Source: Azolla caroliniana (taxonomy: Eukaryota > Plantae > Polypodiophyta). From it: 64,000 nt of DNA. The position numbers and the translations under genes were made by a program. Below, in pieces: positions 54,729 through 64,000 of this stretch. The DNA lies in assembly GCA_043228905.1 (NCBI GenBank), contig JBHGNT010000012.1, forward strand, positions 18,972,001 through 19,036,000, in the 5' to 3' direction. The notes under the pieces are model-generated. The model saw nothing but the letters and a program-made list of their open reading frames with translations. It was not told the DNA's origin and made no database searches. Numbering within the stretch: position 1 is the first letter of the stretch; every line of letters starts with the position of its first letter.

Positions 54729-57700
54729 TTAAGACATGTCTGATGGACTAGAAGAGCATTCTGACGTCTCATCCTCATCATTAGTGGCAATCAAAGCATT
54801 ATCCTCATCCAATTCCAACCCAACATCTTTGCGGTTATGAGAATTGCTTCTGGTTATTCTCTGTATTTCGTTTGACATCATGTTTGGGATTTTCTCCTTT
54901 ATTATCTTGATAGTTGCTTGTCTTAGATGACCTGATTTTGTCAATGAGAAGTCATATACTAGTATGTCAACACGGTCTAGTGCGAGAGTAGCCGTGCTCG
55001 GTATATTCTTTCTTCTTCTCTTTCTGCTTGAACATCCGACATCCTTAACCATCTCTAAAGAATACTTTCCTGTAAATGCATCAGGTGAAGTTGTCTGATA
55101 CCAGTGGACTACTATTGACTTTGTCTGACTACTTTCTTCATCCCTTACTAATTCAATAATTTTTGCAATCCAAAATGGATGGCCCAAGGTATCGTCCCCT
55201 GCTAATGTTGCAACTAACATTCCCACTTGTAGTTCTTGCAAATTACCTTGCCATCTTGCCTCAACAGTACGTGACTTTCTTGGTCCCACATAAATATCTC
55301 TTTGCAGTGGCCGAACTAAATCATGAAGCTCCATATTATTCGATTGTTGGTGATGAGTTTGCGATATCGTTGATGTCATCCCAATGTTCCATGTGAATGG
55401 GATACGGATTGGCCATAAACCGGCGATGTAATTATCTAAAATGGTGCATTGATGGGTGAAGAAAATCTCCCACCATTGAACATCCTCATCCTTGGCATAC
55501 TTCTTAGTCCGATCAATATTATTTTGTTTCTCTGCTAGACATCTCAACCAATATACCCTTTGTTCATCAATAGTACTATTTGGTGCTACATTTTTACGAT
55601 CATCATATGGCATTTGTTGTGCACCATGTAGAGGTTCATCTGGGATATGAAGAAGGAGCCTACTGTTGGAAACAGTGCTCGGCTACAACCGAGGAATAGG
55701 ATCTACTCACAGAAAACAGGAAATACAAGATGCACGAAGACAATAGAGGGAGGAGTACACAGGATGTTTTACGTGGAAAACCCTAAATGGGAAAAACCAC
55801 GGGAGTCCTCAAACTCCAACGATCACTACAAATAGAGATGTACAATGGTGAAGCTACAAGGCAACAACCTTGAACTCACTGTCTTCGCCACAGGCGGCGG
55901 TAATACACAGAGGCAACAACCTCTACCGTCTCTCTCTCTCTCTCGGCTGAAAACATAAGATGAGCAACAACAACAGCAACAGTTTGCCCTAAGTCATATT
56001 TATACACATATGACTTTCGGGCTATTTACAAATATAGCCTCAAGGGCCCTTGGCAAACATATTCACAGATATGTCCCCGCATCCGGATCTCTCTTCGGGT
56101 ACATTCGTCATCCGGCTCCGTAGCCGGGGTCTTCATCATCCGGCTCCGTAGCCGGGGTCTTCATCATCCGGTTCCGTAGCCGCAACCGGGCTTGCCGTCA
56201 TTCATCTCCGGACATCCCATCCGGAGGGACCGAAATCCCAACACCTACAACCTTCTTGGGGCTCCCATTGTGCACTAGATGAGTATTGTTTCGCAAACAA
56301 CACCGTCATCTTGAGGTGGGCCGATCTTTGTTTTCTGAGGAAGACATGGTTGAAACTTATATTATTAAGAGGTGCAAGCACCCTACCTTTAGTCCCGTCA
56401 CTATCCATGCAGAAACGTTTAAAGTCGTATACTTCTTCCAAGTGTTGTACTTCAGGCTTTGGTGTATATGCTTCACTAATAAATTTGGATAGCATGGGAA
56501 GTGTGAAAGCATTACAGCGAGCAAGTTTCTTTGAGAACCTACTGAACATTTGATCTATGTGATCATGGGTATGACCAACCAACAAGAAGTTAACCTTTAT
56601 CTTTTTAAATATGCCCCTCTCTACTAGCATGCTTAGATAGCCGAAGACAGTTGAGTTCTTATTCTCTCTTGCTGTGTTGTCTAGTTGCACATATAGAACT
56701 GGCGGGAGTATACCTGACCATGATTGCAATACCCTGTGCATGACAGTGACAGTAAGATTAGGGTCGTTGTGGATATTGGGATAAGTTAAGAACACTTGCG
56801 GTCTTATAGTTTGACAATATGTCAAACAACCCACTAGATGCATTTGCACGAGACACTCATCTCCAATATCCTTGGGGAGTCTTTGAAAATGCGGCAAACA
56901 AGTTTTCTTTTGATCCATGCCGTCAATAATCATGCACATATACTTTTCGGGAGATTGAAACGCTTTGTGTCGGTGATGCATAGCCTTAGTACGTTCCAAT
57001 GCCTGACTTTCACGATGTTCTTTTAACAGGTTCTTGTAATTCTTGATCTCTACATCTGATTTTCCACCCTTGGCCATACTTTTTAAACTCGCACATATTG
57101 AGTAGACTCCCATTCGCACCTTTCGTGGGATAACCACGTTATTAAATTGTAACCTCCATAGTCGATTAAAATGCCTGTACTGTATTTAAGGCTCAACATC
57201 GGAAGACATGTCGTCCTTGTACGATTGGTAAACTTCCCTTTGAGTAAAGTTATCTAACAAATGAAGTCTTCCTGTCGTTGGCATAACTTCGCACTGTTTT
57301 GAAAAATATACCTCCATCCACCTAATTGTCTGTTGCCCAATTTGACCCTTACATCCAGAACCATTTTGATCGAACTGTACCCAGGAGCCCTTCAGAAGTC
57401 GCTCTTGAACTCGTTGCAGCCGCATATTTCCAATGCTATGAGTGATTTTAAAAGCTGCTCGACAACACTTGGTATTTAGTCAAAGGAAATATTCAACTTG
57501 CGTTGAATTAGGCCCTGCTTTGTGATCCAATTTAAGTTGCATATGCGAAAGAAGAAATGTATCTTGCTCTTCCCCATTAAGCGACAAGTATTTTTGTCGT
57601 GTTTCACGTAACCTTGACTTTCCATAAGTTGATAGACAGAGATTCGCACAACACGATTTGTTCAAGTCGCATAGAAGTTGACGATCAGAACAAAAGAAAT

Positions 57701-57986
57701 TAAATCTCTTTTCACTAACTTGTCGAGGAACTCTTTTAAATGCTAGAGGTTTAGTAATGCTATTGTTATCTATCAACGAAGAATCGTCCGCTTGTAAGCT
57801 TGCATGAAGAGGGCCATCAACAGGATCAATTGAAAACAGAGAATTCAAAGTACTAGGAGCCACACTTTTCTGTTTAAGCCGCGAATGTTTTTTGTGGTCG
57901 TACTCTTCTATTGAGAAATACGAGTTGTCTGACAATGAAAAGGGGGCAATAGAAAAAAGAGATGTTCTACTTGTAGAAGAAGACAT
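54729..57986 (-). pseudogene. Sola1-like (DUF7869-type) DDD transposase, ~890 aa reconstructed, with 2 in-frame stops and a solo-LTR insertion
   Basis: ORFs 57986-57480, 57425-57186, 57137-56249 and 55613-54729 share one frame across TGA (57480) and TAA (57186). Deleting the LTR plus one TSD gives ...WEPQEGCRLLLHIPDEPLHGAQQMPYDD... in frame. Motifs are IIDGMDQ, QLDNTARENKN and FLLVGHTHDHIDQMFS, with N-terminal Cys clusters (SCCANLC, KCC). Confidence 0.88.
55664..56243 (-). mobile_element. Solo LTR (Copia-type, 580 bp) inserted in the transposase
   Basis: TGTTGG...CCCAACA termini and 5-bp TSD CCTAC (55659-63, 56244-48). The reverse complement of the CCCGTGGTTTT...TTTAGGGTTTTCCACGT U5 motif lies at ~55770-55803. 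Confidence 0.92.
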
Positions 57987-58282
57987 TTGAGGGAGTCTAA
58001 CTGTATTCTAAAACCTTCTTTTGAGAAAATTAAGGAATGCTAAAGCCTAACTATATAACTACCCGAACACTTAGATTAACTATATTATTTTCCGACATTT
58101 TTCTAAAAAAAAATAATTAAAATTTATTTTTTATTTTAAAAGGAATGCTAAAGTCTTCTATATAAGGAGGTTAGAAATTTCATTTTCATTATCACGTGAA
58201 AGAATCCATCGAGCTTAGAGCACAGGCCAATTTTCGAGCACTCAGAAGCACATCGTTGACGGCACTACCTCCGGCACGAATC

Positions 58283-61015
58283 ATGAACAAGGGAAAGAAA
58301 ATCGTCAGGTTAGTAATATTCTTTACATTTTTTAAGATTCCTAAAGATTCCTTAAAGATTCCTTTCCTCAACACATAGATTTTTTATTTTTTTTTGTACA
58401 ACGAACTTGGAAAGCAATTCTAAAAAGGCAGGACCTTCAACGAAAATCCGTTGCACTGCATCGGATTTTGGTTGAAGGCAGGACCTTTGCGTTGAAAGGC
58501 AGGACCACGTAATTTAGATGATAATTTGCGTGATTTAGATAAAATTGTACGTTGTTTTTATGTTTTCACCAACGTTTTTAATTTCAGTGAACCCAGACAA
58601 AAAGTTCCTTCATTTAGATTGAAGATTCGATCTCCGACAAAACGAGATTCTGGCTCCTTCATCAAGGACACGAGTAAAAAGATTTTATTTGACTCAACGG
58701 GGGAAGGAGGATCCAAGTCATCTGTGGCTACTACCAAAATCAACAAAGGTAGTGCGCAAGAGGAGAAAATTGTTGAGGTGAAATATAAGGATTACCCCGA
58801 ACTTGAATGGTGTCTCTCCTATGTCGAGGAGGATGGGGTGTTGTTATTGATAACAGCAAAATCGGACGGGGAAGGGAAACTTCAGCTTGGAAAAACATTT
58901 AATTACGGGCATGTAACCAAGCTAGAGTACGAAGACATTGACTCTACAAGTATTTTAATCGACGTCTCGAGCTCAGTTGGCAACAGGCGATTGCGACTTG
59001 ACGAGGGAAACCTAGTACCCGAATCTTGCAATCCCAAGGCTTTGCGTAAAGACCTGCAAACGAAAAATAACTTGTTGGTAGCTCTTCGGCCGTACGTGAC
59101 AGGAGAGATGATGACCGATGAAGCAGAAACTCCACCGAAAAAGTCTAGGAGAGATGATGACCGGAGAGGTGTGGGATCTCCAAGACAAAATATTCTCTAT
59201 GTGGGAGCGGAAAGAAGTCAAGGGGCAAAGATAAAAAAAGGGAAGAATTGATCCACAAGTTGAGATCAAATCAAAGACCAAGGGAAAAAGCGACTTGGTA
59301 ATCGAGGAGTTAGCAGAGGACATGAAACTTTTACCTTGGAGATCATTACAAGGTATCAAAGATGATAGATTGTTAATATCTGTGCTATCTCGAGTGGTCG
59401 CCAAGAAATTTAGTTTGGACGAGATGGTAACAGACTTGCAAAAGTAAGTGTTTATAGTATACCTTTTCAGGAAAGTCTTCAATTATTTTGAATATCTTAT
59501 TTCTAATTTCATATTGATTGTGTAGTCACAAGGTATACATGAAGATTCAGGAGTTGATGATGCAAAAACTGAGTTTACCGACATGGGAAGAAGTTGAACA
59601 AGCCTGCCCGATAACTTCTTCCTACAAGGCATTGGAGGAATATTTTATTGTATTTAGAGAATGGGTATGTGTCTTTTGAATGTTGATATGTTAGAAACTA
59701 ATGTTCCCTGCTAACAACATTGACACTTGCAGAAACCATCAAAATCGAAAAAGAACAACGACAATAATGACGGTATTCCAGCGGCCTTCATCACGCACTT
59801 AGAACGTGCGAAATATGAGAAGAGAATGACCAAAGGGAAGGAAATGGAACTGCCCGAGGATTCGGAGACTGTAAAGAGTTTTTTGCATAGGTCCGATCCT
59901 TTCCAACAGCTTCATTATAGTGTTTTCAATGGCGAAGTATCCCAGATGCTCGAATTGTTACCGAGAAGGCACGACACTTTGCTGATAGCTGACATACCAT
60001 ATGGTTTCAGTATTGCGGGATCAACATATGATGATGTGTCTTTCAAGTACCCTCAGATCGAGAAAATGGTAAAGGATTTCGCAGAACTGACATTGGCCCC
60101 CTTGTGGAGGATAGTCATATTTCATAGCATGGGGCAATCACTGTCAGTCACAACAGCTTTGAAGTCCCGTTGTCATGCCACTGAACACATGCATTGGTGC
60201 GTTATAGTTCGCTTTTACTCATTACAGTACTTCTTATTATATGTACACATTTACACCTCTAATACTTGATTTTCTTTCTCTATAGGATCAAAACAAATAT
60301 TACACGTAGCCCTGGCGATCGAATGGTTAGTGCGGTCGAACATTTTTGTGTGGGCTACTATGATTCAATTACAAAGAAGAAGGCTAGAGCACATGTCAAT
60401 GAGCGTAACGTGGTTAACTACATCATGTGCCCAGCTGTAACCAAAAAATTAAGACATGTGTCAGGGGATAAAAGTATGGTGAACCCTTATCAAAAACCTC
60501 AAAGATTGATCAACCACCTCATAGAGCTCTTCTCTAATCCAGATGATTGGGTCCTAGACTTGTTCTCTGGCATAGGTATAATATATATATTTAATTTCAA
60601 TCCTGTCGATCAAGTTTAAGACGTTACTTCTTATATATACTTGTTTGTGTTCATGCGACCATTAGGTACAACGACAACTTGTGCATTGAAGATGTTTAGA
60701 AACTGTGTTGCATTGGAGAAGGACGCTGCTCAAGTTAACTTCATCAAAATGAGGATCACAGGAATCTGGGACTGTCCAGATCAGGATCAAGAAGTCGGAG
60801 CAAAACACATCAACGAGACAGAGATGTTCCAGATGACTTCACGAGAACCAATGGAACCAATTGATGAAGAAGCAGGGGAGCTGGTGGACCTGGAAGATGT
60901 AGCACAGTTTGACCATACATCAGATTCAGGAGAGCTTGGAGATGACACGAATGAAAACAGTCTAGAACAATCAACGCCAGAGGAGCCTGCTCTGCTTGAT
61001 TTGCTTATAGATTGA
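58283..61015 (+). pseudogene. Beta-class N6-adenine/N4-cytosine DNA methyltransferase (N6_N4_Mtase-like); 6 exons: 58283-58308, 58588-59443, 59526-59664, 59733-60196, 60286-60575, 60666-61015; one +1 frameshift
   Basis: GT-AG introns have matching phases. The product has LLIADIPYG (motif IV, 59991-60002), HWIK...AVEHFCVGY, NPYQKPQRLINHLIELFSNPDDWVLDLFSGIGTT (motif I FxGxG) and RNCVALEKD. Exons total 2125 nt (3n+1), consistent with a frameshift in the A7 run at 59233-59239. Confidence 0.88.
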
Positions 61016-61881
61016 TGTAGATGGCGTAATGTAAAAATTGAGGATTTTGAGGCATAATGTTCACCATCACTTCATATTATATTTGTATATGAGAACATCT
61101 GTAATTGTTTATCGTTTAATTAAATTCACATGTTCATAATTTCCCTTTTTAATCATTATTGGAACCGTAGTTTGTATTTACATATAATTGGTCACCATGC
61201 TCTTCTTCAGTTTGAGATATTAACATGATATTGTAATTTCTCATTTCCGTTAGCATGACTATATATGAAAAGGCGAATGTTTTTGATAATAAGAGGTTTT
61301 TAGTTACCTATGGTTCAAGTCTACTGGTTCCACATAGTATAAATGAATGTCGTACGTAGTTGTTACTCTTACCAATTACATTGTCATGAACTATATGACA
61401 TTATACAATGAAACTATCGACATACCCGTCCAACAAGTGGGGTACTACTTTATTCCTAAACCCAAAACCACATATTTATAATTACGGTTTATGTAGTTTT
61501 ACTCTACAATTTGAATATGGATACCAATTTTAGAACTTTATATTGAACCAAGTCTTCAATTGTGCTCCATGATATGCAAATTGACACGAATGTGGACCCA
61601 TATACAATTTAGTAATTGCTAGGTTTTTTTTGTTCTATATTTAACCATCAAGTCGCAAAAGGGGTACGCATGCATCGTATATTTTCGATATCGGGCTAAA
61701 ATAGGGTACTTTTCTACATCTGGCCAACTATGCCAAAAGAGAATACGACATATTACCTGTTTCAAATGACCCGATGTTTACTAAGGAAAGGCTGCAATTG
61801 TTGGGGCTTGTCCACTCAAGTGGAGCCCACAACATTGAGTCGGCTGAACACCGAATAGGCTTAAGGCAAGTTATAATTAGT

Positions 61882-61933
<52 letters not shown>

Positions 61934-62161
61934 GGTGTGCATGTGTTCCTTTGTGCCACCCTTTTAGCACACCCTGTTTAGCCAAGCCAACCCAAATGGG
62001 TTCCGTTGTATCAACTATAAATTGATTAAGAAGTAAGAAGCTAAGTAGACTGATTTTGATCTCTTATGTGCATTTCACAATATATATGTATGTATTTTTC
62101 TGTTTTGTATGTTTTTTTGGGTGTGTGTCTTTTTTTTTGTGTGTGTGAACACAGATATAGA

Positions 62162-62780
62162 TGTTGGACTACAAGAAGACAAAAGCTGAAAAACAGGAAA
62201 AAAAAAAAAAGGAGAGAGAGCGTGACCTGATTTTCTGAAAGAAAACAGAGAGCGAAAAACAGATTTTCTGAGAGAAAACTAAGAGTGAAAAACTGAGAGA
62301 AAGACAGAGAAAACAGAGCGCGTTACAGAGAAAAAACTGCACACGAGTGAACAGAACTAAGGCTGGAAAAACAGAGATTCGAGAAGAAGAGGTGTGTGAA
62401 AAAAACACAACAAAGCTTCTGCAAGAAAACAGAAACAAGTGTTAGAGCTCGAGAATAGGGTGATAAAGCGCGAGAACTCGTTGCAAGTGTAAAGACAGAG
62501 ATCTAGCGAGGTGTTATCTAGACTACCCAAAAGAGTCACAACAACTCTTCTGTCCACTTGTAACAGGTTTATTTGTTCTGTGTTTTTGGTTATTTTTTTG
62601 TTGTTTCTCCTATTTGGTAGGGTGAATATTGTATCCAAGGCGGTAGCCTTGAAATATATGTGCATATCTCTAGAGTAAGCTTTAGAGGCTGTCAACACCT
62701 TGTATACTCAGAAAATAGTGAATTTGTTTCGGAACCTAAGGTTCCCGTGGTTTTCCCCAATTTTAGGTTTTCCACGTTGT
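62162..62780 (+). mobile_element. Truncated Copia-type LTR fragment
   Basis: Starts TGTTGG. Contains cttgtatactc...aatagtgaa and cccgtggttttccccaattttaggttttccacgt, the same U5 motif as the other LTRs. No CA end or TSD was found. Confidence 0.5.
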
Positions 62781-62878
62781 CGTAGTGTATTTCATACACT
62801 ACATGAAAAACTTATAAAGTAACTTTCTGTAAATATGAAGAAATAGAAGAAAATGTCAAAATAAATCATACATGCATA

Positions 62879-62940
62879 GGGCAAGATTCGAACCTTGCAC
62901 CTCCATGTTAATAATGTAATGTCTTACCATTACACTAGCA
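62879..62940 (-). other. tRNA-derived (Pol III A/B box) sequence, SINE-head-like
   Basis: Minus strand: A box TAGTGTAATGG and B box GGTTCGAATC within a gcaag/cttgc T-stem. No proper anticodon or acceptor stem, so not a functional tRNA. Confidence 0.55.
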
Positions 62941-63540
62941 TTTCATTAGTGTTAAAAATTAGATGTCTCACATAGAAAGTTAAGTCCACGTAGGATAAAC
63001 TTTTGTTAAAAGAAAAACGCATGCTAAAAGAAAAAGCTACGCATGCACATCTAGCATGCATGAACACTATAGTTGATAAAAAACGCACAAGTTAGAAAAA
63101 GCATGATCACTTTAGATAAAGCATATAGTCTATCTATAGGAAAAGCATGGAGTCTATAGTTAGAAAAAAAAAAGCATGGATTCCTAACACTCCCTCATCA
63201 CTACATAAGGATGGGGAGCACAATGTAATAAGTGTGTGAAATACTTGGAAACTGGATATGTTTCTAAAAAAAACCAATTAATAAACTATACTCGTGGGAT
63301 TCACGAGGATTCTATATCATTCTCTTTCAACCCAAATTTATATTCTTATATTCATATTGATTAATCTAATACAATACACTCGTGGGATTCACGAGTTTGC
63401 TATAACTCTTTCTTACAACATATTTATATTCTTATTAGCGTTAAAACTCTCCTCTTCCTAGTCCAAAACCCCAGCGGTTTCCACCCGACTCACGCAAACG
63501 ATCTGGCGCCGAAAGGCACGACAACGTTAAATCTCGATGT

Positions 63541-63672
63541 ACTCTCTCATTTTGTGTTACCACTACTAAGGGAAGCTGCATTGACATCTCTCTCCTCTGT
63601 TTTTTTTTTTTTACCACTACTAAGGGAAGCTGCAATAAAATCTCTCTCCTCTGTTTTTGGGAGCACTACCAA
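63541..63672. repeat. Continuation of the ~51-bp minisatellite
   Basis: accactactaagggaagctgca...atctctctcctctg occurs twice. Confidence 0.85.
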
Positions 63673-64000
63673 AAGACTTAGCTATGAATTTATGGGTTGG
63701 GACAAGTGTATATGTCTATGCTAAAAAATAGAACTCAACCTAAAGAGTTCTAGCAAATAAAACATGTTCTATAAGGAAATGGCTTTATACTAGGCCTAGT
63801 TTCATTTCCATCCAAGTCTCTCGAATTGAAAGTGGGAGGTCAAACAAAGGGCTTCGATGTGGATGTGGCCCGTGGTCCCAATGTAAAAAGGTACCCCAAC
63901 CATAGCTTCTAGGCGGCGTAGCTCACGTTCCCTTATCTTCTTAATTGTTTCTACTCCACTTCGAGTTGCTTTGAAGCTCGACATCCGAGGGAGTTTGGTT

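Larger units (their letters stand above)
54402..61778. mobile_element. Sola1-like cut-and-paste DNA transposon carrying a DNA amino-methyltransferase gene
   Basis: The left TIR aacaccgggtcatttgaaacaggtaatatgtcgcatt (54402-54438) and the right TIR (61742-61778) match at 35/37 positions. TSD TACT at 54398-54401 and 61779-61782. Removing the element restores the flanking minisatellite unit. It encodes a divergent transposase and MTase. Confidence 0.9.

Noticed and set aside
58283-61015. MTase as bacterial contamination or a restriction-modification operon
   Set aside because: It has five GT-AG introns, lies within TIRs contiguous with plant genes and TEs, and has no recognisable endonuclease partner.
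62879-62940. Functional tRNA gene
   Set aside because: Only A/B boxes and the T-stem are present; the acceptor and anticodon stems do not pair.

Overview
Eukaryotic land-plant genomic DNA. A seed-free plant such as a fern is a guess from gene style; the sequence does not prove it. All exon structures were spliced by eye at GT-AG sites. Five intact-looking intron-containing host genes are present: a PP2C phosphatase (+), a NETWORKED/KIP1 (NAB-domain) coiled-coil protein (+), chloroplast sedoheptulose-1,7-bisphosphatase (-), ribosomal protein eL13/RPL13 (+) and a two-domain group I WRKY (+). Between them lie minisatellites, decayed Ty3/Gypsy-like debris, a full-length decayed Ty1/Copia element (34233-39802, CTAGA TSD) and a doubly truncated Copia (49382-54175). 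The standout is a 7.4-kb cut-and-paste DNA transposon at 54402-61778, bounded by 37-bp terminal inverted repeats and a 4-bp TACT target-site duplication. It carries two divergent genes. One is a ~890-aa Sola1-like DDD transposase with a BAH-like C-terminal module. The other is a six-exon, ~707-aa prokaryote-type beta-class N6-adenine/N4-cytosine DNA amino-methyltransferase (DIPY...NPYQKP...DLFSGIG). This copy is dead (2 stops and a solo LTR in the transposase, a +1 frameshift in the MTase), but both reading frames can be reconstructed. Family names rest on motif recognition only; no database search was run.
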